From Octopus vulgaris (lineage: Eukaryota): a stretch of DNA of 64,000 nt. Position 1 is the first letter of the stretch. Every line of letters starts with the position of its first letter. A program made the translations under genes and the position numbers. The DNA lies in contig OX597818.1 in NCBI GenBank assembly GCA_951406725.2, positions 146,816,001 to 146,880,000 of the forward strand. The letters are read 5' to 3'. This document shows positions 37,722 through 51,244 of the stretch, one piece after another. A model generated the notes under the pieces. That model did no database searches, had not been told where the DNA came from, and saw only the letters and a program-made list of their open reading frames with translations.

Positions 37722-39596
37722 TAATTTGTGCCTCTTAAAATTAGGTGTGTGCCCTTTACAATAGAAATATGTGTTTCTGTGCATACATGTATGTATGTAG
37801 CTATGCATGCATGTCTACTTCACCTCAAATGAAGCTCTTTCAAAACTGATTTCAGTGGGCAATAACTTTAAACAAAGAGATATTCTTGCGTCAACTTTGT
37901 TTTGTATATAATTCGGTAATTCTGGCTGCTCATACACTTAAAGACTATGATTTGTTGGCACCTTTGTCTGCTATTGTATAACAGGTAAAGTATTTAATGT
38001 AAATCGTTTCAAAGCTAAATCGAAGACCTTTATAGCCCAGGTTTGCAATTTGCTATGTGCTGATTATTGTGACTCGCTGAGAACAAGATATTCTAAAACT
38101 AATTAACCTCTTCTCTAGTATGTATAAGCCTGAAGTAGAATAAATTGGGGTTTACCACAGCTCCAGTAGAGATGTTTATAGAACTAAATAGACTAGTACA
38201 AAAGACCATCTTGATTTAGTGGATTCTTTGATGTATCTTGCCAGCTCTGTCTCCGGGAAAAGATTCCCTAGATTTCGAAATGAATTTGAGAACTGAGAAG
38301 GCTTCAACTGAGTCTGGACAGACGGTGATTTGAAACTGTCCACTATATTATGAATCTATTGCTGTTCGGATCATCGAAACCTACGGTAGTCATCTGAGGC
38401 ACGAACGCCTTTTGAAAACACATCAAAATATTCAAATAATTTCACTAGAAATGTCAAAAAATGTTAAACATCAGCTGAAAATCGTTTACGCATGATAGAG
38501 AAGGGTTGGAAATGGCTGACGCGCCTTATCAAGTTCCAGATGCGATTATTCGATCATGTCATCTTACTTGATCTTCAAACGTGATTACTTTATAAAGAAT
38601 TAATTCTTGGTAAGCATCCAGGTACAAACCAGAAAACTAAATTTTTCCTGGCCTCGCAAGCCACAACGTTAAGTCATTAAACATCAGCAAAGTTGTTTGT
38701 GCCCAAGGAGGTGCTCATGTATGGCAAAGGCTGAAAATCCATTTTGTACGAAAGCACATGCGCAGAGATATTGTCGGTGATGTGATCCTTCTCAACATTA
38801 TGTGCGACAGTTTTCACAAAAAGAAAATCATAATTTAAACGCTGCCATAGCTACGTTGTCATCTGAGGGACGGCCCGTGGTAGAGATGATATTAAACCTG
38901 TTACAGGCATACGTCTATCATAAGAAATTGGTTATACTCGTAATCGATTTGACAACCACCTTGCAAGTAAGTATGTGTGTAGGTAGGTAGGTAGTAGATC
39001 GGTAGGTAAGCATGTGTGTATGTTCTCTTTCTCTTTTTAATTTACAGTAAATTTTGACAATTTTGACAATTTTGACAAGCAACGTTGTGAAGGAAAGTAT
39101 CATGTTTTAACCATCTTAAGAAGGCCTTGCAGATTTTTATAGACCCAGATATCGTGATCGTTTGTAGTATATGAATTCAGTTTTGCATTCTCTCTATGTA
39201 TGTATGTATGTATGTATGTATGTATGTATGTATGTATGTATGCATGCATGTATGTATGTATGTATGTATGTATGTATGTATGTATGTATGTATGTATGTA
39301 TGTATGTATGCATGTATGTATGTATGTATGTATGTATGTATGTATGTATGTATGCATGTATGTATGTATGTATGCATGTATGTATGCATGTATGTATGCA
39401 TCTACGCGTAACTATATATGTGTATGTACACGTATATATGTATGCACATGTATTTATGTGCACGCATCTTGTATGCGTATCTATGTATTTACACGTATCT
39501 ATGTATGTGTATCTATGTATGTACACGCATATGTATGTATGTATATATGCAAATCTGTAATTACGCATGCATGTCTGTAATTATGCATGCATGCGC

Positions 39597-39632
<36 letters not shown>

Positions 39633-39806
39633 TTATATGCATATATGCATGTATATAACAGGTAAATGTCCATGTATATACGTATGAATGTTTATATATA
39701 AGTGCGCATGTATGCATGCATACATACATATATGCATACATAAATTTATGCATGCACGTATGCATATATATATATATAGAGAGAGAGAAAGATGGTGTAG
39801 AATATT

Positions 39807-39950
<144 letters not shown>

Positions 39951-40029
39951 GAATAATTCTGAGACTGAAAGACGTTTTGCTTTTGTTTTTTGTTTTCTTT
40001 TTTTTCTTGTGCTGCAGATGAATAAAAGA

Positions 40030-40960
40030 TATAAAATTAAAGGGGAAACGACAGAGAAGAAAGAGTAGAGAAATAAGATAGGAAGAGAATAGAGTGAGAA
40101 AAGGCAGGATGGAAGTAGAGTGACGGAGAGAAAGAGACGGAGGGGGTGGAGTGAGAGAGAGAAAGAAAGAAAGAAAGTAAGAAAGAAAGAAAGACACCGT
40201 GTTAGAAAATAGATAGAGTAAACATGAGAGAGAGGGGGGGCTTTACAAGTGTGAGAGAATATAAAGAGAAAGAAACGGAGAAAAAGAAAAGATAAAACAA
40301 CTAAATAAAATGTAAGAGGGAGAGGGGGAGGAAGAAAGAGATTGCGTGTATGAAAGAAGACAGAGGGGGGGAGAAAGAAAGGAGAGATATCTGAGAAAGT
40401 GCAAAAGAAAGTGTGGAGAGGGAAAAAGAAGGTAAGAAGAAATGTAAGGCAAAATAGTGTCAGAAAGAGAGAGAGGGAGAGAGAAAAGGAAAGAGAGCAT
40501 AACAGGTAATAGCGAGTGAAAAGGTTGGAGGAGAGGGAGGAAAATAGAAAACGCAAGTGAACAAGTGTTAGAATATGAGTAAGAGAGAGAAGAAGAGAGA
40601 AGGAGTAAACGAATATGAGAAGGAGAGAGAGATAAAGTAAGAGGTAAGTGGAAGAGTTAGTGGCGAAGGCGGCGGCGGCGATAACAAGCAGCAGCAGCAG
40701 CAGCAGCAGCAGCAAGACGCGGAAGGAAAGAAAGGAAGGAAGAAAGAAAGCAGATTTTGTAATTCAGTTGTCGCGTGTCTCTGCTTCTGACTCGATTCTC
40801 TGTCTGTCTGTCTGTCTGTCTTTCTCCCTCTCCCTCTCTCTCTCTCTCTCTCCCTCTCCCTCTTTAGCACTGTTTTATCGTAGCTTTGCATGCAAATGGA
40901 TAGGTCTTTCCCTCCTCTTCATCTCCGTCAGTACCATCGCCGCCACCGCCACCATCCGTT
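40030..40960 (+). promoter_or_regulatory. Putative promoter/5'UTR region of the PKA-RII gene (purine-rich tract, then GGC/CAG repeats and CT tract)
   Basis: ~600-bp GA-rich tract, then a locally CpG-containing segment, 1.4-2.3 kb upstream of the ATG in a zone without recognisable transposons; inference only. Confidence 0.3.
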
Positions 40961-41145
40961 TTATTATTGTTTCTATCATTTCTAACGCTGAAGTTTTTGG
41001 ATTTAAATGAAAAAAAAAAAAAGTGAAAAAGAGGGAGAGAGTGACAGAGAGAAGGAACGAATGCAAAGGAAAAGGGAAAACCAAAGAACAGCATAAAAAC
41101 AAATAAGGTGACAGAGGTGAACGATATATATATATATTTATATAT

Positions 41146-41215
<70 letters not shown>

Positions 41216-41560
41216 CATATATACATACGGATGTATGTAAATATATATACATCGCCGCTGTCAAAAGCCAAAAAACGTCGAGGGGAAAAAATTACAAATA
41301 TTTTGGAAGAAAGAAAACACGATCGAAAATATTTATGTTATACAATATTTTCTTTTGCTTAAATCTATGTCTATATATGCATATATCTAAGCTTTATTGT
41401 ATGTTTACATATTAACAGTTGAATGTATTGAACCGTTTTTCTTCTTGTTGTTGTTTTGTCTGTGTAAAATACACATCCGCACATTCTTGCAGAATACCCA
41501 CATCTTCTTTACATATCCGCCAATAATAGCAAATACTCACACACTTACACACACAAACAC

Positions 41561-41616
<56 letters not shown>

Positions 41617-42355
41617 GTTACTATTCTAGAGTGCCGTGTCACGTTTTACATTATTTGGAAAGTATTTTTTTAGATACATTTTGGTTACCTTCTCTCTTTC
41701 TCTCTCTCTCTCTCTCTGTTTCACTTTTGGAGACCAGTTGCTTTGGCGGCCCTCACACCTCCTTTAAGCAATCTTTGAGTAACTTTTTTTCTCTTCCTTA
41801 TTTTTGATTTTGTTTTTCTTGGTTGTATTTTAGCCCTGTTTTTCCGTATTTATCTTTTGTTGATTTTTTTTTTGTAATTATAATTCCTCTCTAAAAAAAA
41901 AAAAAAAAGAAAAGAAAGAAAAAAGAAATCCCTGCATTATTTGTGTCTTTATATTCTCACACGCAAATTCGGATTCTTAAGAACTTCCTTTTCTTTTCTG
42001 TTGAAAACTTCGTAGTTTTTTTCTTTCTTTCTTGCGACTTTACCGTTAAATAATAGTTTCTCTTGTTTATATGAAGCAGTCCCATCTTTAAGCAACTTTC
42101 CATTTAAAATTATTTAAAAATTCAAAGTCCAAAGTGAAATTCTTTACATCACAAATATACATACATAACAGCAAGAACAACAGGAAATATATTTTTTTAT
42201 TTATTCCCTTTATTTTTACACACAAGCATATATATATATACATATATATTATAATATTCTCTTATTGATATCTCCCACCGTGTTGTTGTTTCCGAAGTAA
42301 GCGTGCGCGTATCTGTTACTCTCTATCTCTCTCAGTCTCGTGTCTGTCAGAAGCA

Positions 42356-42599
42356 ATGAGCTTTGAGATTCCACCCGGATTAACCGAACTTCTACAGGGT
42401 TTTACCGTGTCTGTGCTCAGAGAACGGCCAGCCAACCTTATCCAATATGCTGCAGACTATTTTACCAAACTCAACAAAACTAACCAAAGTTCTCTGTTTT
42501 CCTCTCCCGGGAGACGAAAAGATGAATGGCAGACAGGTTTATCGAAACAGTCTTCTGCCGCCACGGAGGACAGCGGCGAAGATGACTTCCCACCGGAAG
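42356..42599 (+). CDS. PRKAR2: cAMP-dependent protein kinase type II regulatory subunit, first coding exon (RIIa dimerisation/docking domain + linker)
   Basis: [39 protein letters not shown] closely matches the RII D/D domain; acidic linker [11 protein letters not shown]; phase-1 donor AAG|GTAAGC at 42599/42600; downstream exons not seen in the window. Confidence 0.88.
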
Positions 42600-44114
42600 G
42601 TAAGCAAAAAGAATATTTCTTTAATCATTGATGTATGCATTAATTTATAACACAGGTGTGTATGTGAGTGCTGATATGTCTGCGGGAAATGTATGCAGAG
42701 TTTTGCTCACCTGGTTTCAACATTTATGAACAGTTCATTACCATTCTCAGAGTATGTTTTATTACCGTAATTGCATATGTATTTCATTAAAATGCGAGTG
42801 TATGCACACGCATATAGCGTGCAAATGTTTAGTGCGCGTGCATACAACGCATGTAAGTATGTGCATAAAGCATTTGAGAGGGCGTATAATGTGTGCATGT
42901 ATGTATATGTGTGCACACACACATATTTACAAAGTGTGGGGGCATAAATATTGTGTATGCGTGTATATAATGTCTGTAGGTGTATAAACGTGTGTGCGAG
43001 CTTATGTCCGTGTGTCGTGTAAATGTATCCGCATCGTATAAATGTTTATGCATTTGTGCATTCTGTAAATACACAGGTATGATGACATATTGCATAAACA
43101 TGCATGCATGCATGCGTGTGTGCGTGCATCGTATAAATATCTGTGCCAACATATTTTCCTAACAGTAGTTTGTGTGCATGCGAGCATTTTGTGAGGTTTT
43201 CATGCATGAGTGTTTTGTCTGCGTGTCTGTTTGTGTGTGGGCGAATGTGTGTGTGTGCTGATTCTACATGCGTGTATGTAAGCTTGTACTGAATTCGATA
43301 GATGCTTAACATATACGTGTATATATTTTGTTTTCGCTGTCATGATGATGGGTGTTACTTCATGTTTATTATACAAAAAAAAAAAATAATAGATAAATAA
43401 AAGAAGCAGTTTCCTTTCTTCTGTGGAATCTCAATTAAAATACGGTAAAACATAATAAGTGTGATAATGAATTTCTGCTAATTAGGAAGCACGCTGTTGA
43501 TGCGTTTGTGCCTGCAACTTCATCGGGTGCTGTTAGCTAGCTTTCACTTCCTATTCAATCAACTCTGGTTTCGATTTCAGTTGGGAACCGCTTTTGCTTC
43601 CATTGTCTTGTTCATATTGTTGAGGAAATAATCCAGCCGTAGCATCCCTTTTTCTTATTTCTCTATACAGAAATCTTATATTTTGCTTCCTATAGTGGAC
43701 AATATGTTATCAATTGCGTGTGTGCGCGCGGGAGATGAATGCCCATTGAATCTACGGCCGGGTTTCTAATACCCGAACATTCAAGCTAAGTCTATTCATA
43801 ACCCGGGTTTGTAGGACGCACACACGCTGAGTTTTGGAATAAGATATTCCTACTTCAAAGGGAAGAGAAAGGGCACAAAATTGAATATTTCCCGCCCCCA
43901 ACACCTTCATTTTTAAAAGTATTATGTTTCATACAATGGAAATTACGAATTCTCATTGTATCTTCCCCTCCGTCCCGCCGAAAAAAATTCAAATTTTCAC
44001 ATTTTTAGCACGCCACAAATCTGTGTCTTTTCCCTTTCCTTTGATATAGAGGTAGCTATTCCAAAACACCTTTTATTTATATATATATATATATATATAC
44101 ATACATACATACAT

Positions 44115-44147
<33 letters not shown>

Positions 44148-44267
44148 GAGGTAGAGAGGTTGCGTGCCTCTGGCCATTTGAGTCTAACGAGTCGCCTACA
44201 CAGCTAAGCGCTTTATACAAGCGAAACCAATGGTCACTCTCTGATCGGTCGATCAAACAACCTCTTA

Positions 44268-44316
<49 letters not shown>

Positions 44317-45385
44317 GCACACACACATGAGTACATATGTATTGTTCTAGCTAAATATTAGCAAAAAATTCCGTTATATATTCATATGTTATCTATATCA
44401 TATCGAAAGCCGTTTTTTTTTTTATTATTATTAGTTAAGTTATAGCTCCTTATCATGAATCTTAAATGTGTTCCATGTGTAAGTCAGCATTTAAGCATGG
44501 CTTACATTTAAAGAACTGATTGTCTTGTGGGACACGTTTTAATTCACTCTCCAACATATTGGTTAAAGAAAAATGGACTGTCATGTCGACAAAGCATATT
44601 GAATAAATAATTATATCTTCAGTATAATTGTTCATGTCAATTATCCAGATAAAATATGTCTGAATGCTTCACAAAATATTTTGTCAATGGTCGCAGTGAA
44701 CACCGGGGTGCAAGATGCGGTTGATCTTATTCATGAACGAAACGAGTTAATGAACGGCTTTCCTTTCCTAATTGGACCTTAATTCACTTCATTTACAATG
44801 CTCACGATTTCAAAAAAAAAAGGTATCGACGTCATATTGTCTGATTTCTGAGATTTTGTGGCATGGTGCCAAATTTGGATCCTTGTCGTTCTGACCCTGG
44901 TCAGTCTTAATGATCAAAGACGTTCAGTCTGCGACAATCGTATCTTTTTGTATATTAAGCACTACCATGTGCACGACGTTCTTCCTTCCTTCCTTTTTTT
45001 TTTTTTTTTTTTTTCATATAAGTTAAAAACCAAAGACACTGAGAAGTTATCTGGAGAGATTTTATCGTGAAACTGCATAGAAATTCTTTTGCAGGCTTCG
45101 TTGAGCGAAAAAGTTTTGTCTGTTTTTTTCCCAGCGGGGTTGACTTTGTCTACCATTCAGTCATTGTTATGAAGTTATATAATTAAAACTCTTATTTAAT
45201 CCATCAGAGGTTTTAGAAGTTCGATCCTTTATATAAGCAATAAGAAAATTCAATAGACAAATGGCATTCAATATAGAATAAGGTTTAAAACAGCAAATAA
45301 CAGAACCGTTAGCAGGGCAACAGTTAGATGCTATATTGTGCAAGAGAGTATATCTAGAAAGCCAAGAATCGTAACTACTAAGCCA

Positions 45386-45457
45386 TCTAATGCGGTCTTG
45401 TGGTTGTGATTCCTGGTTTTCAACCAGGCAACATGGGTTCAATTCCCAGCATGGAAA
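45386..45457 (+). pseudogene. Degenerate tRNA-Glu(TTC)-derived sequence (pseudogene or SINE head)
   Basis: ggtcttgtggtt...gattcctggtt-TTC-aaccagg...ggttcaattccc; anticodon stem cctgg/ccagg intact, acceptor and D stems mispaired. Confidence 0.7.
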
Positions 45458-45657
45458 CTGTACTAATTGTATAAATTTGTAGCCACTTCTTGCCTGCACA
45501 CAGATGTAAGCATCTTCGTGTTAGTTTCAGTCTTCCATAGGGATTTCACTAGCGATGATATTCTATGCGAAGACAAGGATACAGCTGTCTCCGACACGCA
45601 TGAATTGGCCAAAATATTCAAATATATTTCTATAGCAATATAACTGCATTGAATTTA

Positions 45658-45860
45658 AGGTGGCGAGCTGGCAGAATGGTAAGCGCGCAGGGCAAAATTC
45701 TTCGCAGCATTTCGCCCGTCTTTACGGTCTCAATATAAATGCCGCTGAGGCCGATTTTGTCTTTCGTCCTCTCGGCAGCTATAAAAGCACCAGTCGAGCA
45801 TTGGAGTCGATGTAATTACCCCGAAATTGCAGGCCTTGTGCCAAAGTTTGAAACCAATAT
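45658..45860 (+). mobile_element. SINE family A, tail type ii (diverged)
   Basis: aaggtggcgagctggcagaat...gaaattgcaggccttgtgcc. Confidence 0.7.
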
Positions 45861-46957
45861 AATAGCATTGAATCAAAGCACTGTTAACGCTCAAATAATT
45901 TCATATTAAAAGAATATCTGTTTCAACAAAATTTCCATACAAGACAGACAATTGTTTTCGCTCTGAGGAATTGAATATTGTATTTCAGTGGGGATTTTTT
46001 TGTTTGTTTTTTTTAACATTTTGGAAACAAATTTTTATTAAATTGGAGAAACTGTTTCTATTCAAACGCATATTTTTCTTTCATAATAGGTCAGGAAATA
46101 GTTTCCGAACTGTAGAGTACTGGATTAAAAAACTTCCTGATTATACCGTAATATACTGAAATCAATTTAATCCGCTATATCACACTCTTTTCGGGTTGTC
46201 AGATGAAGAACGTAAGAAGTAGCGAATTAATAGAAAATAACCTGAAATAAAAATGTTGCCAGTATGTGTGTGTGTGTGTACGCGCGCACATACACACACA
46301 CATACATATACGCGGACGCGCGTGCACAGTATGACTGAATGTTTATGTTCGCTTCTCAATCTCGAGGACTTGGTTTCGATTCTGCTGTGTAGCATCTTGG
46401 GCAAGTTTCATTTCCTGTAGCCTCGGGTCCAGCCATGACTTATGAGTGAAAACTAACTAAACGGAAATTGTGCAGAAGCCCGCATGGTGCATTTTATCTG
46501 TATTTCAAAAGGTTCGGCCATGGCACATTATATTTCAATGACTCTGTCCGAGAATTCCATTAAGAGTAAACGTGCCCGCAGAATACTCGGCCACTTGCAT
46601 ACTAACTACTGAACACTTTCGATCGGAAAATTTGGCCATTTATTATTCTGCTAAGTACTTGGATCGATAGTATCACTTTTACCTTAATTAGAGTGTCGAA
46701 AAAATATTACTTTGAAGAATTTGTTCCGACTCTTTAATTTCAGAGTTCAAATCTCGCCGAGGTCAAATTATTTTTCATTTTTTTTTTTTTTTCGGGTTCG
46801 ATGAAATAAAGTACAGTCAAGTACTGATCGATGATATCGACTACACTCCTTCCCCTTAGAATTGCAGACCTTGTTCCTAAATTAGAAGCCCTTATCGATA
46901 ATTTTAAATTATATTCAATAAGATAGCTATAAAAATAAAAATTCTAAAATAGCAAGT

Positions 46958-47803
46958 TTGGCGCAAGCGTGGCTTACTTCCCAACCACATGGTTCCAGGT
47001 TCAGTCCCACTGCGTAGCACCTTGGCAAGTGTCTTCTAGTATAACCTCGGGCAGACCAAAGCCTTGTGAGTGGTAGACGGAAACTGAAAGAAGCCTATCA
47101 TATATGTATGTGTGTCTGTGTTCCCACCACCATCGCTTGACAACCAATGCTGGTGTGTTTAGGTCCCCGTAACTTAGTTCGGCAAAAGAGGCCGATAGAA
47201 TAAGTACCAAGCTTACAAAGAATAAGTCCTGGAGTCGATTTGTTCGACTAAAGGCACCAGCATGGCCGCAGTCAAATGACTGAAACAAATAAGAGTGAAA
47301 GAATATCCAAGATTTTTCAAACTAATTTATAGGTGCAGGCGTGGCTGTGTGGTAAGAAGCTTGCTTCCCAACAACATAATACCGAGTTCAGTTCCACTGC
47401 GAGGTATCTTGGGCAAGTGTCTTCTACTATAGCCTCGGGCCAACCAAAGCTTCGTGAGTGGATTTGGTAGATGGGAACTGAAAGAAATCCGTCGGACATA
47501 TATATATGTGTGTGTGTGTGTGTTTAAAAATGTTCGCACGACTTGAAGATTCGTTCACACTTCATGATAAGTTGGTCTGGCATTGACCAACACTTGGTAA
47601 ATGAAATTTTATAGACAGAAACTCGATCGAAAACTGTTGGAAGAGCCGCCGGTTAAGAGCACTACTTAATGGTGATCGATACCTTTACAAGCATGAAGCT
47701 TGCTTCCCAACCACATGGTTCCGGGTTCAATCCCACTCTGTGACACCGGGCCAATCGAAGCTATTGTGAGTGGATTTGGTAGACGGAAACTGAAAGAAGC
47801 CCG

Positions 47804-47856
<53 letters not shown>

Positions 47857-48045
47857 ACCACCGCTTGACAACCGGTGTTGGTTTGTTTACATCCCCGTAA
47901 CTTAGCGGTTCGGCAAAAAGAGACCGACAGAATAAGTATCAGGCTTAAAACAAAATAAGTACTGGGGTCGATTCATTCGACTAAAAGTTCGTCAAGGCGG
48001 TGCCTCAGCATGGCCGCAGTCTAATGACTGAAACAGCTAAAAAAT
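46958..48045 (+). mobile_element. Cluster of three SINE family B copies (46958-47303, 47331-47495, 47693-48045)
   Basis: Repeated gcttcccaaccacatggttcc..gttcagtcccactg..cttgggcaagtgtcttcta..gaaactgaaagaagcc and tail cagcatggccgcagtc.aatgactgaaaca. Confidence 0.88.
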
Positions 48046-49023
48046 ACAGCGTATTCCATAGTTTGTATGGTCTCTGAACAAATTTCATAATTAATTGTAG
48101 TAGTATGTTGAAAAAACCCAGCCTGGCAGAGTCCTTCTCTCATAGAAAGCTCACGAATATAATTAATCAGCGTTACTACTGCTTACAGCGATTAGCTATT
48201 TTTCCCTAAAATAATGGTTTACAGCGAAGTAGAATGAGCTAACCGGCCTCAGAAGCTCTAAAAAGATTCATAGGAACTACCCTTGTAATATGAATATATG
48301 AGAAAGTAGTTTCGATTCTCTATTGCAGCTTTGGCTGAAAGCATTTTCTCGCCATATGCTACATTATTGCCTTTTGGAACAGACTCAAAACACTAGATTA
48401 ACTCCACCCTACGAACATAGAGGGCCTTTGTGCTTCTGCTAAAGGATACAAGTTGTCTTGAGGAGTGGGGCTTTGAAGTAGAGACAAGCAAACGATGGTG
48501 CTTGACTCATCACTTTGATGAGTGAATGTTTTTCTTGAAAAAGACTACGTATTTCTCTACGAATCAAGCATTTTGTCTGTAAAGTTAGATATATTTGCGT
48601 TTGTATTTTTTCCCTTTTTTTTTGTATATACTAAATATCTTATATATGCAATCAGTTCGTGCACAAATATACTCGCAGTTGCGCTCGTCAATGGATGTAA
48701 CAATTATTCATATGCGGGTTATTTGAAATTGATTTCGTGTAAGACTTTATTGTAAAAACTTCTACATTGGTCAGGCCAGCATAAATAATAAATGAATTTG
48801 TGGATGGATATAGATAGATCTTAATGGCGATTCCTGATAGTGCATGCAATATTAAAAATCAAAGCTATGTAAATAAAGTAGGGTTCGTGTGTATGTATAT
48901 GTACACATTTTGTTGCCGTCCCTCAAAGAAAACGGATATTTTATATTAAAATCTGGTTTGTTATTCGCGTTCTATTATATAATTCAGGCATGAATCGCGT
49001 GTCCTGCATTCATGCACAAATTG

Positions 49024-49085
<62 letters not shown>

Positions 49086-49399
49086 AAAAGCTGGTATGCA
49101 GTTAGGATTCGTAACTAATATAATTTTGTGTGTTATAAAAACAATTTTGCATTTTTCATTTATCATTTAACATTTATCATTTAACGAGAATAGTATTGAG
49201 AGTGAATTTTCGACCAACTAAACCATCATCGACTAAACCCTTTAAAGCGGTGCTCCTGCATGGCCACAGTCCATTGACTGAAACAATTAAAAGACAACAG
49301 ATAAAAGAGTGTGTGTGTGTTTATATATATATATATGTATATACATATATATATATATTTAAAAAAGGAGATGTGGAACACGAGTTGTAATATATAAAA

Positions 49400-49645
49400 A
49401 AAGGAAATGAAGAAAATGCTGACAAAATAATTTAAGTAAGGGAGAGTGTATTTAATTAGAATTAAAAAAAGTAAGAGTTTACCGGTTGAGATAAGAGAAA
49501 AAAAATCAATCAGAAAGGAACTCCATCTCAAATATCTTTTGATAAGCATAACAAATGCGCAACCGGTAAACTCTTACTTTTTTTTTATTCTAATTAAATA
49601 CACTCTCCCTTACTTAAATTATTTTGTCAGCATTTTCTTCATTTC

Positions 49646-49649
<4 letters not shown>
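49400..49649. mobile_element. Near-perfect 90-bp inverted repeat with degenerate hammerhead at the arm boundary (inverted pLTR-like)
   Basis: Arms 49400-49488 and 49560-49649 differ only in an A/T run; TTGATAA-GCAT aacaa ATGC-GCAACCGGTA at 49539-49568; ends in (TA)n. Confidence 0.75.
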
Positions 49650-49699
<50 letters not shown>

Positions 49700-50256
49700 T
49701 CTATTGTGGCGCAAAAAGAATTGTGTATGTGTCCAACATAGCTTCATGTTGCGAGTGCTCCATGGCCACAGTCAAATCACTGAAAAGAATATATACATAA
49801 CGTAGAGTACGGGTTGTTCTATGATTCTGTAGTCATAGAAGTATTTCTAAAGGCTAGATAACACAGTTCGGTGTATGTAATATGTTGAACAAATCAGCCT
49901 AAGTGTCTGTCTCTCTGCAAGCTTACAAAGTGGCCATTTAGTGTTGCTACTGCGTATAACGATGAGCCATTGTCACTTGTAGGACTTTAAAAAGTTGTTG
50001 ATGGACTGAACGAGTAAGAATTGACCACCTCCGGCAGATCGTCTTTTTGTTTTCGATTGAAAAAGAGGAGCTAATTATCATAATCCTTGCGAGTACTCAG
50101 AGTAGTTGTTGTTTGGGAGTTGCTGGTAAGAAGTGAATGCCAGTGAATTAGTTTCGAAGAAAGGATTTGTATGTGCTTAGTGCGAGGGCTGGGATTAGGA
50201 CATAGTGAGCTCACAAGAATAGAGGTAGGTACATCGAGTGGTTGATTAGGGTGATA

Positions 50257-51244
50257 GGATCTTTTCTGTTTGGCCCACACCTTTCGAAATTTTAAAATTT
50301 GGTAATTTGATGTAATTTTTCACGCTGAATCTGATGTTATTCACTTGTTTCAGAATTTTTTTTTTAGAAAATACAGAGTTTGATTATTTTTACCCAATCA
50401 GAAAGTAGAATTTGGAAGCTGGCATTTTGTGCGTAATGACATTACCACGGGAGTTTTAGTAAGTTTCAGTGAATAAAGTCATGCGAAATGTTGGAACAGG
50501 CATGTAAACAATATAAAGAATGAAAAAATCCTCAATGAATTTTATTCATTTTTTTCCAAAAAATTATAATACATTTTTTTGTAGCGAATATTCAGAAACG
50601 AAAGTTGCGATACACTGTAGGTAGTTTATGAAACAAATTCAAATTTTTGTATCTCCTGCGTCACATGAACTCACAGAGATACAAGTCATTCATAGAATAG
50701 GGGGTTCCACAACGTCGTTTATACCCCTGTTTTACAAACACCCATATGCTTTTCATTTGTTGCTTGTGGGAACAATCTTTCGAGTTAATAAACTCAATGC
50801 TATGGTTCACTGTTCTCGATTTTCAATTTCCCCATCGTATTCGAAAGGTTAAACGAGTTGGCTGCGATCATTTTACAATTTAGGTTGAAAAGGTCCAAGA
50901 AAACACCGTTCAAAATTATGAAAATGTGAAAGTGATAGAACAGCAACTGATACGTTTCTCAAAAAGAAAAGAAAAAAGAAGACACACGGGTTAAGCAGAT
51001 TTATACTTTGGCTTGTTACTATTGGAACAGGTACCAATATGTCTGTAGCTTTCGATTGGCTAAAATTACCCAAAATTTGCAAACTTTAAAAGCTATTAAG
51101 TTTTTATTTATTCATACATTGCAAAAATTAATTTTATTTCGATAATTAGCGTACAAAAGTATATCAATACACCAAATTTGAAATCAACTGGAACAAAAAA
51201 TTAAAGGAATTTTTAATAAAGTGTGAGCCGAACAGAAAAGATCT
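50257..51244. mobile_element. Non-autonomous DNA transposon, Merlin-like; related terminus at 54222-54470
   Basis: TIR GGATCTTTTCTGTTTGG / CCGAACAGAAAAGATCT; perfect 8-bp TSD GGGTGATA at 50249-50256 and 51245-51252; 5'-GG termini with 8-9 bp TSD are typical of Merlin. Confidence 0.75.

Noticed and set aside
38420-38830. Possible very old hAT transposase C-terminal remnant
   Set aside because: Only scattered resemblance across frameshifts; cannot be supported without a profile search
44195-44245. Hammerhead-like gctt..aagc-GAAACCAATGGTC
   Set aside because: No CTGANGA-like strand or stem I in register
45386-45457. Functional tRNA-Glu gene
   Set aside because: Acceptor and D stems are mispaired; treated as a pseudogene or SINE head
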